Assembly (NCBI GenBank): GCA_007693325.1
Contig: REDW01000115.1
Coordinates: 61,057-125,056 of the forward strand
DNA: 64,000 nucleotides
From: Spirochaetaceae bacterium
GTDB lineage: Bacteria > Spirochaetota > Spirochaetia > DSM-27196 > PWMO01
Direction: 5' to 3'
Position 1 is the stretch's first letter. Every line of letters begins with the position of its first letter. A program made the position numbers and the translations under genes. The notes under the pieces were generated by a model. That model made no database searches, had not been told where the DNA came from, and saw only the letters and a list, made by a program, of their open reading frames with translations. Below, piece by piece: positions 48,564 to 56,959 of this stretch.

Positions 48564-49733
48564 ATGAAACCAACCCAACGAACCGTGGCGACCCAGCTCT
48601 CATGGGTCATAGAGTCAAAGAGTATCGAGCTGTCGCTGACCGAGCTCGGTGGTATGATGGCGCCGGTGCTGTTCTTTCGCGATTCCAAGAATCCGGTGCA
48701 GCCCTACTACGTCAGCCCGTGGCAGGAGGAGAAGCCCGTGCTGACTGAACCGGTGCTGGTGCCGCTGCGCGGGGACTTCTTCTGCATGCCGTTCGGCGCC
48801 GACAACTCCTACCGCGGCGAGAATCACGTCGTACACGGCGAGCCGGCTAGCGCAACCTGGACGCTGGACAGTTACGCGCGCGGACAGGGGCGTACGCAGT
48901 TTTCGGCAAGCCTGGCAACGCGTGAACGTCCCGGCAAGGTGACCAAGCGGATCCTGCTCAAGGACGATCAAAGCGTTATCTATCTCCAGCATGAGCTGTC
49001 AGGCTACAGCGGAAAAACCAGTCTGGGGCATCACGCCACGCTCAATCCGGGCACGGAGCCCGGAGGTATGCTGATTTCCACCAGTCCGATAGAGTTTGGT
49101 CTGGCGCGCCCGATGCCGCGGTACTACACTGCTGACGGCGAGTACGCGTCGCTGGATGGGACCAAGCCGTTTCGCTCGATGCAGAAGGTTCCCACCGTCT
49201 GGAAGGACCCTGCTACCGTGGATATCGGTGTCTTCCCGGCGCGCGAAGGCTACTGTGATATCGCCGGCCTGGTTTCAAAAGGAGCAAGGGCGGCGGCAAC
49301 ATCGCGTAAGCCGGCGTGGACTACCGCGGTGTTCCCCGGAGGGAAGTATCTGTGGTTCTCGCTCAAGAACGCCGCGCTGCTTCCGGTTACCTTGTTCTGG
49401 ATGGAGAATCGCGGCCGCCACGGTGCACCGTGGAGTGGACGTAACGTCTGTATCGGACTGGAGGACGTCTGCGGTTACCTGGCCGAGGGTCTGGCTCCGT
49501 CATTGAAGAAGAACCCGCTCAGCGAAGCCGGTATTCCCACCGCGCTGACGCTGTCGCCCAGGAAGCCGACGCAGATCAACTACATCCAGGGTGTGGCGCG
49601 CATTCCGGCCGGATTTGACCGGGTGGAAACGGCAGCGTTTGCCCCGGGGGGTGTGCGATTCAGCTCGCAGTCCGGCAAGGTAGTCGAAGCGGCTGTAGAT
49701 TGGGATTTTCTGTTCTCAGGAGCCATTGGCTAG
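48564..49733 (+). CDS. Hypothetical protein, possibly with a galactose-mutarotase-like beta-sandwich fold
   Basis: 389 aa from ATG 48564. LRGDFFCMPFG...HVVHGE weakly resembles aldose-epimerase-fold proteins. The assignment is tentative. Confidence 0.5.
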   Translation: MKPTQRTVATQLSWVIESKSIELSLTELGGMMAPVLFFRDSKNPVQPYYVSPWQEEKPVLTEPVLVPLRGDFFCMPFGADNSYRGENHVVHGEPASATWTLDSYARGQGRTQFSASLATRERPGKVTKRILLKDDQSVIYLQHELSGYSGKTSLGHHATLNPGTEPGGMLISTSPIEFGLARPMPRYYTADGEYASLDGTKPFRSMQKVPTVWKDPATVDIGVFPAREGYCDIAGLVSKGARAAATSRKPAWTTAVFPGGKYLWFSLKNAALLPVTLFWMENRGRHGAPWSGRNVCIGLEDVCGYLAEGLAPSLKKNPLSEAGIPTALTLSPRKPTQINYIQGVARIPAGFDRVETAAFAPGGVRFSSQSGKVVEAAVDWDFLFSGAIG

Positions 49734-49744
49734 CAGTGCGTGCT

Positions 49745-50317
49745 ATGGCACAAACGAAACGCTCCGGCTATCGCGAGAAGATCATCCAGGTTGCCTCACG
49801 CCTGATCATCGAGAAGGGCATAGCGGACACCAGCCTGGCTGACATCGCACGCGAGACCGGCATCAGCAAGGGTACGCTGTACTACTACTACCCGTCCAAG
49901 GGCGAGTTGATCTTCGACATCAGCGAGCGCCATATGCGCCACATCACCGAGAAGATCTTCGCCTGGATCGAAGCGAGCCGCCAGGGGCTGCAACCCGAGG
50001 AACTGCTCAAAGTGGTGTTTCGCACAATCATCTCATCTGAGACGCGCGGGCATATCCACGTCTACCTGATCCAGGATGCGCTTACCGGCAACCCGTCGCT
50101 CAAACAGCGTTTTGTTCAGGAATACGAGCACTGGACGCGCCTGATAGAAGAGGGGCTGCGCAAGATCAACGATAATCAGGAAGACTACTCGACGCTGGCG
50201 CGCATCATTCTGCCGTTGATCGACGGCCTGCTTGTGCAGCACCTGCTCGGAGTGCGCAAGGATTCGCTGGACGGTATTACCCGCTACCTGGCCGCCGCGC
50301 GCACCCAGCTGATATGA
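49745..50317 (+). CDS. TetR/AcrR family transcriptional regulator
   Basis: HTH region IIQVASRLIIEKGIADTSLADIARETGISKGTLYYYYPSKGELI. Confidence 0.85.
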   Translation: MAQTKRSGYREKIIQVASRLIIEKGIADTSLADIARETGISKGTLYYYYPSKGELIFDISERHMRHITEKIFAWIEASRQGLQPEELLKVVFRTIISSETRGHIHVYLIQDALTGNPSLKQRFVQEYEHWTRLIEEGLRKINDNQEDYSTLARIILPLIDGLLVQHLLGVRKDSLDGITRYLAAARTQLI

Positions 50318-51054
50318 ACCGCGTGCTGTTTGCGCCGCAGGAAATCGGTAAACCGCTGGCGCGCACGGATCACCGCGCGCAGCATATGCTGCGCATTTTG
50401 AAGCTGCAGCCGGGCAACAGCGTGGAGGTTGGCGTAATCGAGGCTGGTGTGGGCCGCGCCACCGTACGCTCGATCGATGACCGCGAGATCGCGCTGGACT
50501 TTGAGCTCAGTGATGATCTGCCTCCGGCGCTGCTGCCGATAACCTGTCTGCTGGGGCATCCGCGACCGATTGTGCTCAAACGCATTCTGCGCGATCTCAG
50601 CGCGGTTGGCGTTGCGCGGGTTGTGGTCTGCGCTACCGAACTGGGCGAACGCAGCTATCTTTGCAGCAAGCTGTGGCAGGCCGATGGCTGGCGCCGCTAT
50701 CTGATAGAAGGCGCCGAGCAGGCGGGTGCCACCGCTCTGCCGCGGGTTCACAGCGCGCGTTCCGTGGCGCACGGCCTGGATCTGCTTGACCAGTTTGACG
50801 GTGCAGCTCCGCGCACCCGTCTCTTCTTTGACGAAGCCACGGCGTCCACCGCGGGAACCGGATTCGGTTTTGCGGCGCGTGTTGAAGCGCCGCTGGTTTA
50901 CGCGGTGGGTAGTGAGCGCGGCTGGACCGCAGCCGAGCGCACGCTGTTCCACAAGCGCGCCTGGCGCAGCGTTGGCCTGGGCCCGCGCGTACTGCGGGTT
51001 GAGACCGCCGCGGTTGCCGCGGCGGTAATGTGCGCCTCGGCGCTGGCAGAGTAA
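50314..51054 (+). CDS. rsmE: 16S rRNA (uracil1498-N3)-methyltransferase
   Basis: 246 aa with a PUA-like N-terminus (HMLRILKLQPG) and a SPOUT C-terminus (YAVGSERGWT..E......LGPRVLRVETA). Confidence 0.8.
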   Translation: MNRVLFAPQEIGKPLARTDHRAQHMLRILKLQPGNSVEVGVIEAGVGRATVRSIDDREIALDFELSDDLPPALLPITCLLGHPRPIVLKRILRDLSAVGVARVVVCATELGERSYLCSKLWQADGWRRYLIEGAEQAGATALPRVHSARSVAHGLDLLDQFDGAAPRTRLFFDEATASTAGTGFGFAARVEAPLVYAVGSERGWTAAERTLFHKRAWRSVGLGPRVLRVETAAVAAAVMCASALAE

Positions 51055-51061
51055 CGAGATT

Positions 51062-52462
51062 TCAGCGCGTCTCGATGCTGCGATACTGCGCAGTCAGGTC
51101 TCCGGTATAGATAGCGCGCGGTCGGAATATGCGGTTGTGCTCCAGATACTCGATCACGCGTGCAGTCCATCCGGCAACCCGCGACACGGCAAACAACGGC
51201 GTGAAGAAGTTCTGCGGAATCGACATCGCCCTGTAGAGCAGTCCTGAGTAGAAGTCGACGTTGGGGAAGATCTTCTTCTGTTCGCCGTATTCAGCCACAA
51301 CGCGCTGTTCCAGTTTCTTGGCGGTCTGGTACAGCTGGTGCAGTTCGGGGCGGCTGGCGGCCATGCGCTCGGCCAGCGGGGCCAGAATTCTGGCGCGTGG
51401 ATCGTAGGCCTTATAGACGCGGTGCCCAAATCCGGGAATCTTGCGCTTATCTGCCACGGCGGTCTCAAACCAGTGGTCAACGTTGTCGGGGCTGCCGATT
51501 TCGCCGAGCGTCTTGATTACCTCCTCGTTGGCACCTCCGTGCAGCGGCCCGTTGAGGGCGCTGATCCCGGCGCCAATCGAGAAGTAGATGTCCGACAGTG
51601 TCGAGGCCACCACCATAGTGGCAAATGTGCTGGCGTTCATTCCGTGATCGGCGTGCAGGATCAGGTTGATGTCCATGATTCGTTCCTCGAGTACCGACGG
51701 GACCTCGCCGTTGATCATGTAGAGCAGGTTGGCCGCGTGACTCAGATCCTGCCGTGGCTCCAGCGGGAACTTGCCGCGCCGCAGCCGTACAATCGCTGCC
51801 GCCAGGGTTGCCACGCCGGATATCAGATGGTAGCAGCTGTCGATATCTTCGCTGCCGGTCAGGTCGTCCGAGGCTTTCTCGGGCCGTGTATGCGCGCCGC
51901 TGGCGAACTCGTAGATTGCCTCCTTTTCTCCCAACGGTGGGGTCTCCATGGCAATCGAGTCCTCGTCGGCGGCAATCGGGGCGTGGTCGGGGTCTACGTC
52001 CAGGTCGCGATAGGTCTGTTTCTGGCGCATCAGGTTGGTACCCAGGCGCAGCGCCGCCATCGGGTGCAACTGCTCAATCGGGAAGCTCATGAACAACCGC
52101 AGCGTCTGACCGATATCGCGATAGCGGCGCAGCCGGTTACTGTACTCCTCGAACTCGCTGCTTGACGGCAACTGACCGTGCAGCAGCAGGTACGAGACCT
52201 CCTCGTAGCTGGAATGCGCGCAGAGGTCAAAGATGTCGTAGCCGCGGTATATCAGCCAGCCCTTCTTGCCGTTGACGTAGCCGACCCGGGTCTCGCAGGC
52301 GATTGCCCCTTCGAGGCCGGGGCCAACGGTACACGCCACCGGCCAGTCGACCGCGCTGGTCAACTCGGGTTCCGGTTCGGTGTCGGTCTCGGCGGTGGCC
52401 TCGCGCTTGGCCTGCATAATCAACTCGGTTATCGTTTTGTGTTCTTCGTTCTGCGGCTGCAT
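51062..52462 (-). CDS. gltA: Citrate synthase
   Basis: LILHADHGMNASTF, GPLHGGANE and PGFGHRVYK motifs. I chose ATG 52462. Confidence 0.9.
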   Translation of the reverse strand: MQPQNEEHKTITELIMQAKREATAETDTEPEPELTSAVDWPVACTVGPGLEGAIACETRVGYVNGKKGWLIYRGYDIFDLCAHSSYEEVSYLLLHGQLPSSSEFEEYSNRLRRYRDIGQTLRLFMSFPIEQLHPMAALRLGTNLMRQKQTYRDLDVDPDHAPIAADEDSIAMETPPLGEKEAIYEFASGAHTRPEKASDDLTGSEDIDSCYHLISGVATLAAAIVRLRRGKFPLEPRQDLSHAANLLYMINGEVPSVLEERIMDINLILHADHGMNASTFATMVVASTLSDIYFSIGAGISALNGPLHGGANEEVIKTLGEIGSPDNVDHWFETAVADKRKIPGFGHRVYKAYDPRARILAPLAERMAASRPELHQLYQTAKKLEQRVVAEYGEQKKIFPNVDFYSGLLYRAMSIPQNFFTPLFAVSRVAGWTARVIEYLEHNRIFRPRAIYTGDLTAQYRSIETR

Positions 52463-52537
52463 GTTCGGTTTCTCTCCTGTCTGTGCTGCTGCGGATTGTA
52501 GCACAGGTGGCAGCACAAGCAGAAGTGGAGCGGCAAC

Positions 52538-52566
52538 TTGACGGTTCAGGACGCAGTGCCTAATAT
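52538..52566 (+). promoter_or_regulatory. Candidate promoter TTGACG-17 nt-TAATAT for the Mla-like operon
   Basis: -35 at 52538-52543 and -10 at 52561-52566. A GAGAGAGG SD precedes ATG 52612. Confidence 0.45.
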
Positions 52567-52611
52567 GAGGGCATCCTGAGGTTGGCGTGCTGTGGCCGAG
52601 AGAGGTAGTCT

Positions 52612-53493
52612 ATGGTAAGCCGGACAAGCAAACTGCGCGTCGGGCTCTTTGTTCTGATTTCCGCCAGCGTTCTGTTTCTGTTTTTCTTCTCGATTGCCGG
52701 CAGTGAGTGGTTTCGCCACTACGATGAGTACGAGATCCACTATACCGATACGTCGGTCAACGGGCTTCAGGTCGGCGGTACGGTTCGATACCAGGGAATC
52801 GACATCGGCACGGTCAACGGTATGTTCCTGCACCCCGAGGATGTGAGCACCGTGATCGTAGAAATCAGTGTGGCCGAGGGCACGCGAATTCCCGCCGACG
52901 TCCAGGCACAGCTGGTGCCGGTGGGCATCACCGGCCTGATGCAGATCGAGCTGACCGGTGGCAGTAACGAGGCGCCTATCCTGAGAAGCGGGCAACAGAT
53001 TCCCGCCGGCCGCAGTGCCTTTGCGCGCTTCACGCAGCCGGCCGAGAGCATCGCGCTTGGCCTGCAGAGTGTACTGGGAGACGTTTCTGAGCTGCTGGAT
53101 GAGGCAAACCGCAGGCAGTTTGCTGAACTGCTGGCAAACCTCAACGCCCTGGTGTACGAGAATCGCGAATCTGTCGGCATCATCCTTGCCAACATGCAGG
53201 TTGCCAGTGACAATCTAGCGGAGTCTTCGCTGTCGTTCCGCAGTGTGATTGCGCGGATCGACGAACAGACCGCTGATCTCGATCTGCCTGCGATGATCGA
53301 CAACATCAACCGCACAACCGAACATGCCGGCCAGACAATTGCCGATATCGACCTGACGGTTATGCAGAGTCGCCGTAACCTGGTGAGTTCGATCGAGGTG
53401 CTGCGCGAGACCATGATCTACCTCAACGACTTTGCGCTGCAGATCAGCGAAAACCCCGGCGCCCTGTTGCGTACTCGAGGAGGTTCACGATAA
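52612..53493 (+). CDS. MlaD/MCE-domain protein
   Basis: N-terminal TM helix followed by an MCE domain (VNGLQVGGTVRYQGIDIGTV...). Confidence 0.85.
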   Translation: MVSRTSKLRVGLFVLISASVLFLFFFSIAGSEWFRHYDEYEIHYTDTSVNGLQVGGTVRYQGIDIGTVNGMFLHPEDVSTVIVEISVAEGTRIPADVQAQLVPVGITGLMQIELTGGSNEAPILRSGQQIPAGRSAFARFTQPAESIALGLQSVLGDVSELLDEANRRQFAELLANLNALVYENRESVGIILANMQVASDNLAESSLSFRSVIARIDEQTADLDLPAMIDNINRTTEHAGQTIADIDLTVMQSRRNLVSSIEVLRETMIYLNDFALQISENPGALLRTRGGSR

Positions 53494-54113
53494 GCAACCT
53501 ACGCGTCCTTTCCGGCATTGTGGCAAGCGCGCTGCTGCTCAGCGGATGTCTGCTGGCACCGGCGCCGGCGCCGCCCAACTACTACGTGATCGACTATCAG
53601 CAGCCCGACGTGGAGATCGGTTCTTCGCCCGCGCAGCCGATTTCCGAAGTGGTGCACGTGCTGGACGGTCGCGTCAATCGCACCTACGAGCGGCGCCAGA
53701 TCGTTCAGCGCAGCGACGGGCCACAGATAACCTACCGCGCCACAGACCTGTGGGGTGTAGACCTCGGTGTTGCCATGGCTGATCTGCTGGCCGACTCACT
53801 GCGCGAGCGGACACTGTTCGAGGAGATACAGCGCCACCACCGCGTGCAGCGGCCCGATCTCGAAGTGTACAGCGAACTGCGCGTAGTTGAGCATATCTGC
53901 TGCAACAACATTGAACCGCAGGCCCGTGTTGCAGCGGTACTGCAGCTGCGGCGTCAGGCAGACCAGACGATACTGGTCGAGCATCGCTTTGAGCGCTTCG
54001 ATCCACTGCCGGATAACCGGATTGCAACGTTTGTGCTGCGGGTCAACACTATTCTGCTTGAAGAAGCGGTCAAGTTTGGTGATCGGGTGATCGCCTACTA
54101 CCAGCGATCGTGA
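53490..54113 (+). CDS. PqiC/YmbA-like (DUF330) ABC-transport auxiliary lipoprotein; probable non-canonical ATA start
   Basis: Lipobox LLSGC. The first canonical start (GTG 53520) leaves only MASALLLSGC as signal peptide. ATA 53490 lies 5 nt after GAGGAGGT and gives (M)SNLRVLSGIVASALLLSGC. Confidence 0.65.
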   Translation: MSNLRVLSGIVASALLLSGCLLAPAPAPPNYYVIDYQQPDVEIGSSPAQPISEVVHVLDGRVNRTYERRQIVQRSDGPQITYRATDLWGVDLGVAMADLLADSLRERTLFEEIQRHHRVQRPDLEVYSELRVVEHICCNNIEPQARVAAVLQLRRQADQTILVEHRFERFDPLPDNRIATFVLRVNTILLEEAVKFGDRVIAYYQRS

Positions 54114-54131
54114 GCCCATTATGAGCGCAGC

Positions 54132-55217
54132 ATGAGACTGAAGCAGGCAACGCTCTATCTTGAGGGAGAACTTGTCTACGGTAGCGTTCCGCGGCTCTAC
54201 GCGGTCTACACCCGCCGTCTGCGCAAGCGCATGGGGTTTCGCCGCGGGCTAACGGTTGAGCGGATAGATATCGCCGGGGTCACGCGCATCGACAGCGCCG
54301 GGCTGGCGCTTATCGATGAGATCGCAGCGCAGCGGGGACAGCAGTGCAGCGTGGTTGGCGCCTCGCCGGAGGTCGCCGCCGCCATTGATCTGCTGCGCGC
54401 AGACGCAGATGACGCAGCCTCCAGCCTGCGCCGCGCCTCGCTGCTCGAGCGGCTGGGTTCCTGGACGCTGATGCTGCGCGATACCGTCAGCGAGGCAATG
54501 CAGCTCTGCGCTGAGGTGTTCCACCGCTCGATATGGTCGCTGTTTAGTTCTCGTGGCCACAAGCGCGGTGCGGTCATCGAGAACCTGCGTATCATCGGAG
54601 CCGACGCGGTTGGCATTGTGGGACTGTTGTCGCTGATCATCGGCTGGATTCTGGCGCTGCAGTCAGCGGCGCAGTTGCGCCAGTTTGGCGCCAACATCTT
54701 TGTGGCGGACCTGCTGGCGATCTCGATGGTGCGCGAGATGGGTCCGCTGATGACCGCCATTATCATTGCCGGGCGCAGCGGCTCGGCCATCGCATCAGAG
54801 ATCGCCACCATGAAGGTCAGTGATGAGCTCGATGCGCTGCGCACCATGGGTATCGATCCCATCGACTACGTAGTGGTGCCCAAGTTTCAGGCGATGACGG
54901 TGGCTATGCCGCTGCTGGCGTCGCTGTCAATTGTGATCGGACTGATCGGCGGATTGATCATCTCGCTGACAATGCTCGATCTGACGCTGACCGCCTACAC
55001 CGATCGCGTGTTTGCGGTGCTGAAGCTCTCGGATCTGGTTACCGGACTTTCCAAGAGCCTGGTATTTGCGTGGGTGATCGTGATCATCGGCAGCTACTCG
55101 GGGTTCCACGTCTCCGGAGGCGCTGCCGGTGTCGGGCGCGCCACCACCCAGGCGGTGGTTGCGTCGATCTTCACGGTAATTGTTGTGGATGTGATATTCA
55201 GCTTCACGTACCTGTAA
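54132..55217 (+). CDS. MlaE-type ABC permease with an N-terminal STAS (MlaB-like) domain
   Basis: The N-terminal ~95 aa (IDIAGVTRIDSAGLALIDEI...) are STAS-like. The rest is MlaE-like (REMGPLMTAIIIAGRSGSAIASEIATMKVSDELDAL). Confidence 0.85.
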   Translation: MRLKQATLYLEGELVYGSVPRLYAVYTRRLRKRMGFRRGLTVERIDIAGVTRIDSAGLALIDEIAAQRGQQCSVVGASPEVAAAIDLLRADADDAASSLRRASLLERLGSWTLMLRDTVSEAMQLCAEVFHRSIWSLFSSRGHKRGAVIENLRIIGADAVGIVGLLSLIIGWILALQSAAQLRQFGANIFVADLLAISMVREMGPLMTAIIIAGRSGSAIASEIATMKVSDELDALRTMGIDPIDYVVVPKFQAMTVAMPLLASLSIVIGLIGGLIISLTMLDLTLTAYTDRVFAVLKLSDLVTGLSKSLVFAWVIVIIGSYSGFHVSGGAAGVGRATTQAVVASIFTVIVVDVIFSFTYL

Positions 55218-55232
55218 ACGTGTTTAGCGGAG

Positions 55233-56000
55233 GTGGCGGTGGCAGCTGCGGTAGTGCGAATTCGGGATCTCAACTTCTCCTACGGTGAGACCCAAGTGCT
55301 CAAGAACGTCAGCGCTGATATCTATCCGGGGCAGATTACCGTCATCGCCGGGCGCAGTGGCTGCGGCAAGACCACGCTGCTGCGCAATATCGTCAAGCTG
55401 GAGACTCCCAGCTCGGGCTCGATAGAAGTGTTTGGGCAGGAGATCACCGATTTCTCGGAAGAGCAGTTTGGCGACGTACGGCGACGCATCGGCATGCTGT
55501 TCCAGAACGGAGCCCTGCTGGACTCGATCTCGGTACACGACAACATCGCCATTCCGCTCGAACAGCACACCAGACTGCCGCCGCGGCTGATCACACGCAT
55601 CGTCGATACCAAACTCAACCGGGTGGGGCTGCACGGCGTGACGCATCTGTTCCCCTCGGCGCTGTCGGGCGGCATGAAGAAGCGAGCCGCGCTGGCGCGC
55701 GCAATGGCGCTTGATCCTGAGATTCTGTTCTTCGATGAGCCATCGGCCGGTCTCGACCCGATGACCAGTAAGACGCTCGACTCATTGATAATCGGCATGG
55801 CTGAACGCTTCGGCATTACGCTGGTAGCGGTTACCCACGAGCTCACCAGCATCCGCCGAATCGCCGACCACATCCTTTTCCTCGATGACGGCAGGGTGCT
55901 CTTTGATGGTACTCTCGAAGAAGCCAACGCGTGCTGCGATGAGGTAGTCTACGACTTCTTCCATGCCGATCGCAGACAGGGGCTCGGCTGTAGCGACTAA
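55233..56000 (+). CDS. MlaF-type ABC transporter ATP-binding protein
   Basis: GRSGCGKTTLLR, LSGGMKKRAALARAM and LFFDEPSAGLD. The start may be GTG 55239, given the position of the GGAGGTGG SD. Confidence 0.9.
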   Translation: MAVAAAVVRIRDLNFSYGETQVLKNVSADIYPGQITVIAGRSGCGKTTLLRNIVKLETPSSGSIEVFGQEITDFSEEQFGDVRRRIGMLFQNGALLDSISVHDNIAIPLEQHTRLPPRLITRIVDTKLNRVGLHGVTHLFPSALSGGMKKRAALARAMALDPEILFFDEPSAGLDPMTSKTLDSLIIGMAERFGITLVAVTHELTSIRRIADHILFLDDGRVLFDGTLEEANACCDEVVYDFFHADRRQGLGCSD

Positions 56001-56004
56001 GCCC

Positions 56005-56892
56005 TCAGCGCTGCTGTGATTCCTGCGGCGGTGTGCCGCGGGTGCGTCGATGCTCCCTGGGCTCGATCATGATCGCGATTGAAAAGCCCAGTGCAAACGC
56101 CGCCACCGCCGCGATCAGGCGCGGCCCCTCGGGTATCCCGGGGAACAGCCGCGGCAGGCTGCCGATAACCAGACCCATAATTGCGCTGTAGGCGGCCGCC
56201 GGGGCGCGCTGCAGCACAAACGCGATCAGCCGCGTTACCGCGATCCCGCCGATACACACTCCCAGCATCACCAGCGCCAGCGCCGCCAGGTTTCGCTCAC
56301 TGACTGCGTGCAGGATCGGTCCGTAGGTGCCCATCAGTAGCAGGATCAGCGAACCGCTGATGCCGGGAATCACCATGGCGGCGGCTGCAGCCGCGCCGGA
56401 GGCTATCAGCAGCAGCGAGACGGTAGCCGAGAGCGGCGGCAGCCGGCCGCCGAACTCTCCCGAGGTGCTCAGCGTCAGCAGCAGGAGCAGAACCAGCGCC
56501 AGTCCAGCCAGAAACGGCAGCGCGTGCCACGACCGCAGCCGATTGCGCGTCGCGGTGTGCCACAGCGGGCCAAGACCGCCCAGAATCAACCCCAGGAAGA
56601 GGAAGGCGATTTCATGGGGATAGATAACGTAGAGATGCTCAAACGCCCCGGCGAAGAAAAAGATACCGCAGAGCACGCCGGCAGTGACCAGCGCCAGGAA
56701 GGGGAGTTCGGCAATCGCGGCACGATCGCGCGCGAGAATGGCGTTGATAGCCGCAATCAGGCGGTCGTAGATGCCCAGTACCACGGCAATGGTGCCGCCG
56801 CTGACCCCGGGAATGATATTTGCAATGCCGATAACCGTTCCCTTGGCAAAATGGGCTGCGCCGCGGCGCACGCTCAAGTACAGCTGCTTCAT
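56005..56892 (-). CDS. DUF368 family membrane protein
   Basis: Duplicated motif IPGVSGGTIAV / IPGISGSLILLLMG, typical of DUF368. Confidence 0.8.
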   Translation of the reverse strand: MKQLYLSVRRGAAHFAKGTVIGIANIIPGVSGGTIAVVLGIYDRLIAAINAILARDRAAIAELPFLALVTAGVLCGIFFFAGAFEHLYVIYPHEIAFLFLGLILGGLGPLWHTATRNRLRSWHALPFLAGLALVLLLLLTLSTSGEFGGRLPPLSATVSLLLIASGAAAAAAMVIPGISGSLILLLMGTYGPILHAVSERNLAALALVMLGVCIGGIAVTRLIAFVLQRAPAAAYSAIMGLVIGSLPRLFPGIPEGPRLIAAVAAFALGFSIAIMIEPREHRRTRGTPPQESQQR

Positions 56893-56924
56893 TATAGGAG
56901 CCTACTCCCGGCGCTAGGATTGGA

Positions 56925-56953
56925 TTGCACAAAGACAACGATTACCATAGTAT
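56925..56953 (+). promoter_or_regulatory. Candidate promoter TTGCAC-17 nt-TAGTAT placed for a leaderless murC mRNA
   Basis: The -10 ends at 56953 and the murC ATG begins at 56960, 7 nt downstream. No SD is present. Confidence 0.4.
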
Positions 56954-56959
56954 ACCGAC

